Positions 36,877 through 47,066 of a stretch of DNA of 64,000 nt are shown here, in pieces. This stretch comes from Deltaproteobacteria bacterium. GTDB taxonomy: Bacteria; Acidobacteriota; Thermoanaerobaculia; Multivoradales; JAHZIX01. Positions within the stretch are counted from its first letter, which is position 1. Each line of letters begins with the position of its first letter. The stretch lies in assembly GCA_022601195.1 (NCBI GenBank), contig JAHZIX010000045.1, forward strand, positions 628,884 through 692,883, written 5' to 3'. The notes under the pieces were generated by a model that saw only the letters and a list, made by a program, of their open reading frames with translations, did no database searches and had not been told where the DNA came from. Made by a program: the position numbers and the translations under genes.

Positions 36877-37845
36877 GTGGAGGTAAAGGACTCACAAGCT
36901 TTGGATCCAGGACCTTCGGACACCGCTTCCTGGGCTGTCCTGCTGATGGCCTATGGGGGGCCGGACTCTCTGGCCGATGTAGAGCCCTTCCTGCTGGATA
37001 TCCGCGGTGGCCGGCCAACTTCCCAGGATCTCATCGACGAAATAAAGAGTCGTTACGAACAGATCGGTGGTCGGTCGCCCCTGCTCGAGATCTCTCGGGC
37101 ACAGGCAGCAGCCCTCGAGGAGTTGCTCCAGTCTGGTGATCATCCTGAGACATTTCAGGTGTATCTCGGCATGCGTCATTGGCATCCTTATATTTCCCAA
37201 GCGGTTCGCCAAATTGTCGCGGACGGCCACCGTCGCATCATCGCCCTCTGTCTGGCACCTCACTTCTCACGGATGAGCGTCGGGGCCTATTTTAGGAAGG
37301 TCGAGGAGGCCATTGCTGAGGTCGGGGCTGAGGTCGAGGTACGGTGGGTGCGGGGCTATGGTGATCACCCCCTCTTTCAGGAGTCTCTGGCTTATCGGGC
37401 CAAGCTGGGCCTACAGAAGTTCCCTGTTGACGAACCCGAGGAGGTGCGGGTTCTCTTTACCGCTCACAGCCTCCCGGCGAGGATTTTGGCGGAAGGAGAC
37501 CCTTACGATGCCCAATTGCGAGCGACGGCGAGAGGGGTCGCGGATTTGTTGGGGGACGAGGTTTGGGAGATGTGCTACCAAAGCGCCGCAGCGGGAGCCG
37601 TCGATTGGTTGGGGCCCCATTTGGACCAGCGCATTGGTGAATTGGCCGCGGAGGGTTGTCGCAACGTGCTGGTCGCCCCCATCGGTTTCATCTCCGACCA
37701 CGTAGAAATTCTCTTCGACATTGACATCGAAGCCCGAGCGCTGGCAGAACAAGCCGGGATCCGTCTGGAAAGAACCGAGTCCCTAAATACCGCTCCCGGT
37801 CTCATCGAAGCCATGGCCGACATCGTCCAACGCATCGCCTCCTGA
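36877..37845 (+). CDS. cpfC: coproporphyrin ferrochelatase
   Basis: WAVLLMAYGGPDSLADVEPFL, HSLP, LVAPIGFISDHVEILFDIDIE. GTG 36877 chosen, 4 nt after the hemQ stop. Confidence 0.75.
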   Translation: MEVKDSQALDPGPSDTASWAVLLMAYGGPDSLADVEPFLLDIRGGRPTSQDLIDEIKSRYEQIGGRSPLLEISRAQAAALEELLQSGDHPETFQVYLGMRHWHPYISQAVRQIVADGHRRIIALCLAPHFSRMSVGAYFRKVEEAIAEVGAEVEVRWVRGYGDHPLFQESLAYRAKLGLQKFPVDEPEEVRVLFTAHSLPARILAEGDPYDAQLRATARGVADLLGDEVWEMCYQSAAAGAVDWLGPHLDQRIGELAAEGCRNVLVAPIGFISDHVEILFDIDIEARALAEQAGIRLERTESLNTAPGLIEAMADIVQRIAS

Positions 37846-37887
37846 TCTCGGATCGAACTTCTAAGGCCGCCTCTTGAGCTCTCCCCG

Positions 37888-39342
37888 ATGACTGCGGAAA
37901 AAACGTCGCCGAAGGAGCGAGGCAGGCCTCGAGTGGTGATCGTCGGTGGTGGTCTCACCGGGCTCACCGCTGCCTATGCCTTGCAGATGCGAGCCGCAGA
38001 GACCGGCGAGACGATCCCTTTCACCGTGCTGGAGAGCGGTTCCCGATGGGGGGGCAACCTGGTCACGGAAGAGGTCGATGGCTTCCTGGTTGAAGGGGGG
38101 GCGGACTCTTTCATCGCGCGCAAGCCTTGGGCCATGGAGTTGGCGCGCGAGTTGGGGCTGGAGGGGGAGATCATTCGTACTCCGGCTGCCCATGGGCGAG
38201 TCTACGTCCTGCGACGGGGCCGGCTGGTGCCCTTGCCAACAGGAATGCGCTTCGTAGTTCCTACTCAGATTCGACCGCTCCTGGCTTCGCCGCTCCTCTC
38301 CTGGCCCGGGAAGCTGCGCATGGCGCTGGAGCGATGGGTTCCCAAGAAGAGGGTCGATGTTTCCGGGGGAAGCGACGAGAGCCTCGCGAGTTTCATTCGA
38401 CGTCGGTTCGGTCGGGAGGCTCTGGAGGTGATAGGAGAACCTCTCATGGCAGGCATCCACGCTGCCGACCCGGAGCATCTGAGCCTAGAAGCCGCCTTCC
38501 CCGATGTCGCCGTCCTGGAACAACGTTTCGGTAGCCTGATCCGCGGTATGAAGGCGGTTCACAGCTCGCTGCCGAGGCGAGGGCAGACGGAGAACTCCTC
38601 CCGAGTCACCCTTCGCGGTGGAGTGCAGCAACTGGTGACCGGCCTGGTGGAGCGAATCGATCCGGCATCCTTGCGACTGCGGTCATCGGTGAGGAACCTG
38701 CGGCGCCAGGGAGCCGGCATCGAGATCGAGCTGGAGGCCGGGGAGCGTCTCCATGCCGAGGCGGTGATCCTTGCGACGTCTGCCTTTGTTGCAGCGAAGT
38801 TGGTAGGCGAGCTGGATGGGGCCCTAGGGGAGGGGCTCGGGGCGATTCCCTACATCTCCTCGGCGACCGTTTCCCTCGGTTTTCGAGAAGAACACGTCGG
38901 GAGGGCCATGGACGCCCTGGGCTTCGTCATTCCTGGTAGCGAGCCGAGCCGCCTGCAGGCTTGCACCTGGAGCTCCGCCAAGTTTGACGGTCGGGCACCA
39001 GCGGGCCACGTCTTGATGAGGGCTTTCGTCGGTGGTGCTCGCAACGAAGAGTTAGTCGAGTGGAGCGATGACGATTTGAAATCTTTGGTTCTGGCAGAGC
39101 TGGGCCCCCTCATGAGGCTTTCGGGAGATCCTGTCCTAGTTCGCATTCATAGATGGCGAAAGGGAATACCCCAATACCATCTCGGCCACTCGGAGCGTCT
39201 CGCCCGCATCGAAGCCCACGACGTGAATGGCCTGTTTCTGGCCGGCAACGCCTACCGTGGTGTGGGACTGCCCGATTGCATCCACAGTGGCCGCCAGGCG
39301 GCCGATGAGGTGGTAGATTTCCTCGGCAGGAGGGTCGAGTGA
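37888..39342 (+). CDS. cgoX: coproporphyrinogen III / protoporphyrinogen oxidase (HemY family)
   Basis: FAD dinucleotide fold VVIVGGGLTGLTAAYAL; 484 aa HemY-like. Confidence 0.8.
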   Translation: MTAEKTSPKERGRPRVVIVGGGLTGLTAAYALQMRAAETGETIPFTVLESGSRWGGNLVTEEVDGFLVEGGADSFIARKPWAMELARELGLEGEIIRTPAAHGRVYVLRRGRLVPLPTGMRFVVPTQIRPLLASPLLSWPGKLRMALERWVPKKRVDVSGGSDESLASFIRRRFGREALEVIGEPLMAGIHAADPEHLSLEAAFPDVAVLEQRFGSLIRGMKAVHSSLPRRGQTENSSRVTLRGGVQQLVTGLVERIDPASLRLRSSVRNLRRQGAGIEIELEAGERLHAEAVILATSAFVAAKLVGELDGALGEGLGAIPYISSATVSLGFREEHVGRAMDALGFVIPGSEPSRLQACTWSSAKFDGRAPAGHVLMRAFVGGARNEELVEWSDDDLKSLVLAELGPLMRLSGDPVLVRIHRWRKGIPQYHLGHSERLARIEAHDVNGLFLAGNAYRGVGLPDCIHSGRQAADEVVDFLGRRVE

Positions 39343-39559
39343 ATCTTGAGCCATTTTTCACCTCCGGCCTCCAAGGGCAAAGATCCTGCAACTTACCCAC
39401 AGGTGAAATTCTGTTGGCTTTCGATGCCGTGTGATCGAAGGAAAGCCCTATCCAACAAGGGGTTCGCGGGCTTTTGTCGTCGCTCCCAGGGCTCCGATTG
39501 GGGCGCTTCAACAATGGGAAGGCTGTTGACCGACTAACAACCCTATGCTAAATACCTGA

Positions 39560-41053
39560 GTGAATTTCCGACTATGCCAGTTTCGCGAGGCGAAAGAGAG
39601 CATGCAAGCTGTTGCCGACATTGATCCGGTAGAAGGTCGTCCCGCGCTTATCGCAGGCGACCCCGACTTTCATTCCATCACCGAGACCGTAGCGGCTCCC
39701 ATGGAATGGACCCCTCCCAGGGGTTGGTACATCGCCCTGGGTGTTTCTCTATTGATGCTGTCCATGCTCGGTGTGAGCATCGGCTGGCTCTTCTGGGAAG
39801 GGGTTGGAATTTGGGGAAACAACCAGCCGGTAGCGTGGGGTTGGCCAATCGTCAATTTCGTGTTCTGGGTGGGTATCGGCCATGCCGGTACGTTGATCTC
39901 CGCGGTCCTGTTCCTGTTTCGCCAGAAATGGCGAACCTCGATCAACCGAACAGCGGAGGCCATGACCATTTTTGCGGTCATGTGCGCTCTGATCTTCCCC
40001 GGGATCCACATCGGTCGTCCTTGGCTGCCCTATTGGATGATGCCGGTGCCCAATTCGATGGACATGTGGCCTCAATTCCGCAGTCCTCTCATGTGGGATG
40101 TCTTCGCAGTCAGCATCTATGGAACGGTCTCTTTACTGTTCTGGTACCTCGGCCTCATTCCCGATCTCGCCACCATGCGCGATCGGGCCAAGACCAAGGT
40201 TCGCCGCATCGCTTACGGCGTCTTCTCCATGGGCTGGCGGGGCTCTCAGCGCCAATGGCACCACTATGAGAAGGCCTACCTATTGCTGGCAGGTTTGGCG
40301 ACGCCTCTGGTGCTTTCCGTGCACTCGGTGGTGTCCTTCGATTTCGCCACCTCCCAGCTGCCCGGCTGGCACACGACGATTTTCCCGCCGTACTTCGTAG
40401 CGGGAGCCATTTTTTCGGGCATCGCCATGGTGGTGACCCTGATGGTCATCTGTCGAGTGCTCTTCAAGCTCGAGTCGATCGTCAATCTGTTGCATTTCGA
40501 CCGCATGGCGAAACTTCTGTTGGTGACCGGCAGCATCGTCGGCTACGCCTACAGCATCGAGTTCTTCATCGCCTGGTATAGCGGCAACCCTTACGAAGGT
40601 TTCACCTTTTTGAATCGCGCCTTTGGCCCCTACGCCTGGGCCTACTGGATCATGGTGAGTTGCAACGTCATCACGCCGCAGATCTTCTGGTTCAAGAAGG
40701 CGCGCACCAATATGACGATCTTGTTCATCGCTTCGATCTTCATCAACATCGGCATGTGGTTCGAGCGTTTCGTCATCGTAGTGACCTCCCTGCACCGAGA
40801 CTTCCTTCCCTCCAGTTGGGGCTATTTCCGCCCGACTTTTTGGGATATCGCCACTTTCGTTGGCAGCTTTGGCCTGTTCTTCACCATGTTCTGCCTTTTC
40901 GTTCGCTTCTTGCCGATGGTTGCCATGGCGGAGGTCAAGGGAGTTCTTCCAGAAGCGCACGGACGGCCGCCGGAGCCGGAGACAGATATGCCTGCAATCG
41001 ACGTGTCTGCGACCGAAACGGCGCAGGTCGCTGGGACGGCTAGGGTGCCATGA
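39560..41053 (+). CDS. actC: NrfD/PsrC-family membrane subunit, alternative-complex-III ActC-like
   Basis: Ten predicted TM helices, NrfD-like [26 protein letters not shown] 39560 or ATG 39602 as start. Confidence 0.7.
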   Translation: MNFRLCQFREAKESMQAVADIDPVEGRPALIAGDPDFHSITETVAAPMEWTPPRGWYIALGVSLLMLSMLGVSIGWLFWEGVGIWGNNQPVAWGWPIVNFVFWVGIGHAGTLISAVLFLFRQKWRTSINRTAEAMTIFAVMCALIFPGIHIGRPWLPYWMMPVPNSMDMWPQFRSPLMWDVFAVSIYGTVSLLFWYLGLIPDLATMRDRAKTKVRRIAYGVFSMGWRGSQRQWHHYEKAYLLLAGLATPLVLSVHSVVSFDFATSQLPGWHTTIFPPYFVAGAIFSGIAMVVTLMVICRVLFKLESIVNLLHFDRMAKLLLVTGSIVGYAYSIEFFIAWYSGNPYEGFTFLNRAFGPYAWAYWIMVSCNVITPQIFWFKKARTNMTILFIASIFINIGMWFERFVIVVTSLHRDFLPSSWGYFRPTFWDIATFVGSFGLFFTMFCLFVRFLPMVAMAEVKGVLPEAHGRPPEPETDMPAIDVSATETAQVAGTARVP

Positions 41054-41595
41054 GCGGTCAAGCAGCATCGACGGAATACGGCTTGCTGGCCGAATTCCAG
41101 ACGCCGGAGCACCTCTATCAAGCCTGCGAGAAGGTGAGGGATGCGGGTTTCTCCCATTGGGATGCCCATTCACCGTTCCCCATTCACGGGCTGGACAAAG
41201 CCATGGGACTCAAGAAGTCTCCAGTGTCCCTCTTCGTGCTCGTTTTAGGACTCAGCGGCGCTACCATTGGCATGTTGATGCAGTGGTGGGTGGCCACCAA
41301 GGCGTACCCACTGGTGATCAGTGGCAAGCCCCTGTTCAGCTGGCCCGCGTTCATTCCCATCGCCTTCGAGTGCGGTATTCTCGGCGGGGCTGTTGGTGCC
41401 TTGTTGGGGTTCCTGAGCCAAGCTCGGCTACCCAGGCCTCACCATGCGCTCTTCAACGCTTCTCGCCTCGAGCGGGTCACGGATGATGCGTTTTTCATCT
41501 CCATCGAAACGGCGGACCCCAATTTTGATCGCGAATCGACAGCACAGTTGCTGAAGGATCTCGGAGCGACCCACGTAGAGGCCGTTGCCGCCTAG
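41050..41595 (+). CDS. actD: ActD-like (DUF3341) alternative-complex-III subunit
   Basis: [50 protein letters not shown] overlap with actC. Confidence 0.7.
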   Translation: MSGQAASTEYGLLAEFQTPEHLYQACEKVRDAGFSHWDAHSPFPIHGLDKAMGLKKSPVSLFVLVLGLSGATIGMLMQWWVATKAYPLVISGKPLFSWPAFIPIAFECGILGGAVGALLGFLSQARLPRPHHALFNASRLERVTDDAFFISIETADPNFDRESTAQLLKDLGATHVEAVAA

Positions 41596-41615
41596 GAAAG
41601 AGGGCTGAAGAAACC

Positions 41616-42824
41616 ATGCATCACGAGCCCATAACTGTGCCCACGGCATCAGTCACACTGCCGGAGGGCAATTCTTGGGGGCGTCTGTCCAGGATCAGCG
41701 CGGTCGTCGGGGTGGTGGCCCTGCTGGCTACCTTCGCGCTCTATTTCAAGGATGGCCACACTTTCTTTCCGTCTTATCTGGTGGCCTTTCTCTTCTGGTT
41801 GAGCATCGCTCTGGGTGGATTGATTTTCGTTCTCATCCAGTACGCCACCCGCGCCGGTTGGAGCGTGGCTGTGAGGCGCCTGGCAGAGCACGTGATGGGG
41901 ACCCTGCCGGTTTTTGGGCTGCTATTTCTGCCCCTCCTGCTGGGAATTCACGATCTCTACCATTGGAGCCACCACGAAGCTGTGGAGGCGGATCGTCTCC
42001 TCGAACACAAGAGCGCGTTTCTCAACTCCTTCGGCTTTTCCACCCGGTCCGTCGTCTACCTGGTCATTTGGTCTCTGCTGGCCTGGTGGTTTCGCCGTCA
42101 GTCCATTGCCCAGGATCAGAGTAAGGACCCGCAGGTCACTCGTCGTCTTCAGGCTCGCAGCGCACCCGCCATTTTGGTGTTTGCCCTTACAGTGACCTTC
42201 GCCTCCTTCGACTGGATCATGTCCCTAGATCCCCATTGGTACTCCACCGTATTCGGTGTCTACCTCTTCGCCGGCTGTTTCCTAGCGATTCACGCGGTGC
42301 TGGCTCTGCTGTGTTTGAGGCTCCAGAACCAGAAGTTACTGGCCGGGGTGGTGAGCTTCGAGCACTACCACGATCTGGGCAAAATGCTTTTCGCGATGGT
42401 GGTGTTCTGGGCCTACATAGGCTTTTCCCAGTACATGCTGATTTGGTACGCCAATATTCCCGAGGAGACGGCGTTCTTCCAGGAGCGCTTGACCCACGGC
42501 TGGAAGGGCATCACGGTGGCATTGGTCTTGGGCCATTTCGTCCTGCCCTTTCTCTTCCTGCTCCTCCGAGGAGTGAAGAGGCGTAGAGCAACACTTCGGT
42601 TTGCGGCCCTTTGGCTACTAGCGGTCCACTGGTTAGACCTCTATTGGCTGGTCATGCCGCCTCTGAATCACGATGGACCGCATTTCAGCTTTGCTGACGT
42701 GACGGCCTTTGTCGGGATCGGTGGTTTGTTTTTGGCTGTTTTGGCGACTCTGATGCAAAAGAGTGCCTTAGTTCCGATAGGTGATCCGCGACTCACGGAG
42801 TCCCTATCGTTCGAGAATGTCTAG
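41616..42824 (+). CDS. actF: ActF-like NrfD-family membrane subunit (quinol:cytochrome c oxidoreductase membrane subunit 2)
   Basis: Polytopic membrane protein with NrfD-like topology, immediately after actD. Confidence 0.65.
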   Translation: MHHEPITVPTASVTLPEGNSWGRLSRISAVVGVVALLATFALYFKDGHTFFPSYLVAFLFWLSIALGGLIFVLIQYATRAGWSVAVRRLAEHVMGTLPVFGLLFLPLLLGIHDLYHWSHHEAVEADRLLEHKSAFLNSFGFSTRSVVYLVIWSLLAWWFRRQSIAQDQSKDPQVTRRLQARSAPAILVFALTVTFASFDWIMSLDPHWYSTVFGVYLFAGCFLAIHAVLALLCLRLQNQKLLAGVVSFEHYHDLGKMLFAMVVFWAYIGFSQYMLIWYANIPEETAFFQERLTHGWKGITVALVLGHFVLPFLFLLLRGVKRRRATLRFAALWLLAVHWLDLYWLVMPPLNHDGPHFSFADVTAFVGIGGLFLAVLATLMQKSALVPIGDPRLTESLSFENV

Positions 42825-43028
42825 ATCTGTTGAGGTTGGTACGATTCAGGCACTGCTGAGGGACCGGGAACGAATAGAATCTTGAGACGCGATCTTTGGA
42901 GTCGCAATTCTTTGGAGCCAAGATCTCCAAAGGAGGCGTTTCTAGAGACGCTGTCGGAAGTAACATCAGCTCCCCTCGGTGGAACCCAGAAAACCTACGA
43001 CTCATCCCCTATGAAGGAGAGAGAGCCC

Positions 43029-43751
43029 ATGCTTCGCAATCAAAGAAACCTAGTCCTCGCCGCCGTATTGTTGGCGGCTGGAAGTCTGCTCATGGCCTCC
43101 GTCGCGCAGGCCGGCTCGGTGACCGGGAAAGTGACCTATGACGACCGGGTACCCAAGCTGAAGCCCATCAGCATGGGGGCCGACCCCAGCTGTGCCTCCA
43201 AGCACGATGGGCCCGTCTATCCCGAGGTTTTGGTGATCGGCGACAACAATGCCCTCGCCAATGTTTTCGTGCAGGTCAAGAACCCGCCGGCCGGCAACCA
43301 TTCCACTCCCAGCAAGCCTGTGGTCATCGACCAGAAGGGCTGCCTCTACGAGCCTCATGTGGCCGGCGTTATGGTTGGGCAGCCAATCCAGTTTCGTAAC
43401 TCCGACGGAATTCTTCACAACGTCCACGGGCTTCCCAAGGAGAACCGAGAGTTCAACATTGGCATGCCTCCGACCTTGAAAGAGAAGGACCAGGTGCTCA
43501 ACAAGCCCGAACCTTTCTTCAAGGTCAAGTGTGACGTTCATCCCTGGATGAATTCCTACGTCGCGGTCATGACCCATCCGTACTTTTCAGTCAGCGGCAA
43601 AGACGGGAGCTTCAACATCCCGGATCTACCTGCCGGTACCTATGAGATCGAGGCCTGGCACGAGAAGCTCGGTACCAAGAAGGCCAGCATCACGGTTGCT
43701 GCGAGCGGCGCCGCCAGCACGGATTTCTCGTTTACGATTCCGAAGAAATAA
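43029..43751 (+). CDS. secreted cupredoxin-like (type-1 copper) protein
   Basis: Signal peptide MLRNQRNLVLAAVLLAAGSLLMASVAQA. Candidate T1Cu ligands HNVHG ... CDVHPWM (C-x2-H-x2-M). GGAGAGAGAG SD before ATG 43029. Confidence 0.55.
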   Translation: MLRNQRNLVLAAVLLAAGSLLMASVAQAGSVTGKVTYDDRVPKLKPISMGADPSCASKHDGPVYPEVLVIGDNNALANVFVQVKNPPAGNHSTPSKPVVIDQKGCLYEPHVAGVMVGQPIQFRNSDGILHNVHGLPKENREFNIGMPPTLKEKDQVLNKPEPFFKVKCDVHPWMNSYVAVMTHPYFSVSGKDGSFNIPDLPAGTYEIEAWHEKLGTKKASITVAASGAASTDFSFTIPKK

Positions 43752-43825
43752 GACCCAACCGAGGCGGCAAGCCTAGGCCCGAGTCAGCAAGGATAGAGAT
43801 CTCAAGGAAGTAGAAGGAAACGCCC

Positions 43826-45598
43826 ATGGAAGAAACTCACCACGACGACCATCACCACGAAGAGCTGGGCTTCTGGAGGAAGTACGTCTTCTCCGTGGAC
43901 CATAAGGTGATCGGCATTCAATATGCCATCACCGGATTGGTGTTCCTCTTCTTCGGCTTCTGTCTGATGATGCTGATGCGGTGGCAGATTGCCTACCCGG
44001 GCCGCGCCTTGCCGATCATCGGAGGCCTGCTCGGAGATACCCGCATGCCTGGTGGTGTCATGCTGCCGGAGTTCTACAACCAGCTGGGAGCGATGCACGG
44101 CACTATCATGGTGTTCCTCGGCGTCGTTCCCCTGGGTGTCGGCGGCTTCGGGAATTTCGTCGTACCGCTGCAAATCGGCGCTCCGGATATGGCTTTCCCA
44201 CGACTCAACATGGCGAGCTATTGGTCGTTCTTGGTTGGCGGCGTGATCATGTGTCTGAGCTTCTTCGCCCCTGGTGGAGCCGCTCAGGCCGGTTGGACTT
44301 CCTATCCGCCCCTTTCCGAGATCACTCCGGTCGCCGGCCAGGTGATGTGGTTGGTGGGCATGGTGTTCTTGATCACCTCGTCCTTGCTCGGTTCGGTGAA
44401 TTTCATCGTCACGATCATTCAGCTGCGGGCCAAGGGCTTGAGTTTCATGCGACTGCCCTTCTTCGTGTGGGCGCAGTTCGTGACCTCCTTTCTCTTGCTG
44501 CTCGCTTTTCCGCCCCTGGAAGCCGCGGGCTTCATGCAGCTCATGGACAGGCTCCTGGACACGAGTTTCTTTCTCCCCAGTGGCCTGGTGGTAAGTGGAG
44601 AAGTTCTAGCGGTGAGTGGCGGAGGTAGCCCCATTCTCTGGCAGCATCTTTTCTGGTTCCTGGCTCATCCAGAGGTCTACGTGTTGATTCTGCCAGCCTT
44701 GGGAATCGTCGCAGAGATCGTTGCCAACAACACCCGCAAGCCTCTCTGGGGCTATAAGTCGCTGGTCTACTCGGTGATCTTCCTCGGTTTCATGTCCTTT
44801 GTCGTGTGGGCTCACCACATGTTCATCACTGGCATGGGTACCGTGATGTCGGCCTTCTTCCAGACCACCACGATGATCATCTCGATTCCATCGGTAGTTA
44901 TCTTGACGGTATTGATCCTGTCTCTGTGGGGAGGCTCGATACGATTCAACACGCCGATGCTCTTCGCCTTGGCCTTTCTTCCGATGTTCGCGATCGGAGG
45001 TCTAACGGGCCTGCCGCTGGGCTTTTCGTCGACGGATATTCATCTTCACGATACCTACTACGTCATCGGTCACTTTCACTACGTGGTGGCACCGGGAACC
45101 ATCTTTGCTCTCTTTGCAGGGATCTACTATTGGTATCCAAAGGCGACCGGGCGAAAAATGAACGAGACTCTGGGCAAATTACATTTTTGGCCCAGTTTTA
45201 TCTGCATGAACCTGATCTTCTTCCCCATGTTGATGCAGGGTCTTGCCGGTCTCAACCGCCGAATGTACGACGGTGGTGAGATCTATGCTCATGCCCAGCC
45301 GGTGATTCACTTGAACGAAGTGATTTCCATAGCTGCTTGGGTGATGGCCTTGGCGCAGATCTTTTTTATCGTTAACTTCTTCCTGAGTCTCAAGACCGGA
45401 GAGAAGATTGGCGAGAACCCGTGGCGAGCTACGACCCTGGAGTGGGCCGCGCCGTCGCCGCCACCCCACGGAAACTTTCTCACCGAGCCGGTGGTTTACC
45501 GGGGCCCCTATGAATACAGTGTGCCGGGAGCTAGCGAAGACTTCTCCCCCCAATTCGATGAGGCTGCAGCGCCCAACAGCGAGCCTGTAACAGCTTAG
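43826..45598 (+). CDS. ctaD: cytochrome c oxidase subunit I (heme-copper oxidase)
   Basis: Twelve-TM HCO subunit I: WFFGHPEVY-like WFLAHPEVYVLILPALG, HH motif region. 590 aa. Confidence 0.9.
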   Translation: MEETHHDDHHHEELGFWRKYVFSVDHKVIGIQYAITGLVFLFFGFCLMMLMRWQIAYPGRALPIIGGLLGDTRMPGGVMLPEFYNQLGAMHGTIMVFLGVVPLGVGGFGNFVVPLQIGAPDMAFPRLNMASYWSFLVGGVIMCLSFFAPGGAAQAGWTSYPPLSEITPVAGQVMWLVGMVFLITSSLLGSVNFIVTIIQLRAKGLSFMRLPFFVWAQFVTSFLLLLAFPPLEAAGFMQLMDRLLDTSFFLPSGLVVSGEVLAVSGGGSPILWQHLFWFLAHPEVYVLILPALGIVAEIVANNTRKPLWGYKSLVYSVIFLGFMSFVVWAHHMFITGMGTVMSAFFQTTTMIISIPSVVILTVLILSLWGGSIRFNTPMLFALAFLPMFAIGGLTGLPLGFSSTDIHLHDTYYVIGHFHYVVAPGTIFALFAGIYYWYPKATGRKMNETLGKLHFWPSFICMNLIFFPMLMQGLAGLNRRMYDGGEIYAHAQPVIHLNEVISIAAWVMALAQIFFIVNFFLSLKTGEKIGENPWRATTLEWAAPSPPPHGNFLTEPVVYRGPYEYSVPGASEDFSPQFDEAAAPNSEPVTA

Positions 45599-45629
45599 TC
45601 GGAACGAGAGACCGAGGAGATCTGAGACT

Positions 45630-46229
45630 ATGTCAGCAACCGAAATTCCCTATACCGTAGAGGCTCGGCCCGACACTGGCCTGAATAATGTCAAGATCGG
45701 CATCTGGCTCTTTCTAGCCTCCGAGGTAATGCTCTTTGGTGCGCTCTTTGCCAGCTACATCATGTTGCGGGTCGGAGCCGCAGAATGGCCCCATGGCTCG
45801 CACTACTTGAGTGTTCCCTGGGCGACCCTCAATACCGTCGTCCTGATCAGCTCCAGTGTCTCTATGGTCATGGCCTGGGCTTCTTTGATCCGTAAGGATT
45901 TCGGTAAGTACCGGCTCTACATGGGACTGACGATTCTGGCTGCCTTTGGCTTCCTGGGTATCAAATTCATCGAGTACTCGTCGAAGTTTGCCCACGGCTA
46001 CTTGCCGGAGACGAATACCTTCTTAGCGATCTACTTCACGCTGACCGGTCTTCACGGCCTTCACGTTATTGGTGGCATGCTCTACAACCTCTATCTCTGG
46101 GGACCTGGAGCGAAGATGTGGAAGACCAACCCGCAGCAGTTCATCAACCGGGTCGAGGTTTCTGGCCTCTTCTGGCATTTCGTCGACTTGGTGTGGATCT
46201 TCCTCTTTCCGATTTTGTATCTTCTGTAG
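45630..46229 (+). CDS. ctaE: cytochrome c oxidase subunit III
   Basis: LFLASEVMLFGALFASY, HVIGGMLYNLYLWG; 199 aa. Confidence 0.85.
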   Translation: MSATEIPYTVEARPDTGLNNVKIGIWLFLASEVMLFGALFASYIMLRVGAAEWPHGSHYLSVPWATLNTVVLISSSVSMVMAWASLIRKDFGKYRLYMGLTILAAFGFLGIKFIEYSSKFAHGYLPETNTFLAIYFTLTGLHGLHVIGGMLYNLYLWGPGAKMWKTNPQQFINRVEVSGLFWHFVDLVWIFLFPILYLL

Positions 46230-46285
46230 CTCCAAGGACTGTCGAGGGTATCGAAAAGAAGTTGTTGGAGAGAAAGGGAAAGCCA

Positions 46286-46581
46286 TGAGTCACGAACAAG
46301 ACATCGACAAACACGTCCGCACCTACATCAAGGTGTTTGGGGCCCTCTTGGTACTGACGGTGGTCACCGTAGCCGTTTCATATCTTCATTTGTCTACGGG
46401 CGCAGCTATCGCCCTCGCTTTGGTGGTGGCTACGGTGAAGGGGTCGCTGGTAGCGTGCTACTTCATGCATCTGCTGGATGAACGGAAGTTGATTCTTTCG
46501 GTCCTCTTGCTGACTGTGCTCTTCTTCTTCTTTGTTCTCATTGGCCCCTGGGCCACTGAGTTGAACCCCATCGTCCTCTAG
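46286..46581 (+). CDS. cytochrome c oxidase subunit IV (prokaryotic caa3-type subunit IV family)
   Basis: 98 aa, three TM, YIKVFGALLVLTVVTVAVS...VKGSLVACYFMHL. ATG 46286 with AAAGGGAAAG SD. The track ORF starts spuriously upstream. Confidence 0.65.
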
Positions 46582-46594
46582 AGAGCTAAAGAAG

Positions 46595-46801
46595 ATGTCC
46601 CTCAAGACACTGCACGTAGTCTTCGTGATCTCTTCGACCCTGTTGTCACTGGGTTTTGGAGTCTGGTCGTGGACCCATCACCAGAATGGTGCCGGGGCGG
46701 GCTATCTCTGGGCAGCCATAGCCGCCTTTCTCGCGGCGATCATGCTGGTGGTCTATGGCAAGTGGTTTCTCAACAAGTTGAAGGATGTGAGCTTTCTATG
46801 A
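46595..46801 (+). CDS. small membrane protein (68 aa) in the oxidase operon
   Basis: Two predicted TM helices. Stop overlaps the next ORF start (ATGA). Confidence 0.35.
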   Translation: MSLKTLHVVFVISSTLLSLGFGVWSWTHHQNGAGAGYLWAAIAAFLAAIMLVVYGKWFLNKLKDVSFL

Positions 46802-47043
46802 GAAGGCGAACGTTGGCCCTGTCAGCCGCTGTCGCGGTGTGCCTACTGTTGATTTGTGGCGATGCCTTTGGTTGCCCGGTCTGCTATGGCGAATCCGACG
46901 ATGAGATTCTTCGCGGCGCGGAGCTTTCCGTGCTGTTCATGGTAGGCCTGACCTACATGCTATTGGTGGGCGGCGGAGTTCTGTCGTTCTTCCTCTATCG
47001 CCGTCACGTTCGTCGCAGCTCCGCAGCGCTGGAGACGGGTTAG
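46799..47043 (+). CDS. small membrane protein (81 aa) with a CPVC motif, in the oxidase operon
   Basis: N-terminal TM plus GCPVCYGESDDE, second TM. Translationally coupled to the previous ORF. Confidence 0.35.
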
Positions 47044-47066
47044 TTGGTAAAGGAGCTCTTCGAGCT

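Noticed and set aside
42882-43028. N-terminal extension of the cupredoxin ORF (track start 42882)
   Set aside because: The extension (MRRDLWSRNSLEPRSPKEAF...) is hydrophilic junk preceding a clear signal peptide. ATG 43029 has a strong GGAGAGAGAG SD.
46069-46285. Upstream extension of the coxIV ORF (track start 46069)
   Set aside because: It overlaps the end of coxIII in another frame. ATG 46286 has its own SD and gives the expected ~98-aa subunit IV.
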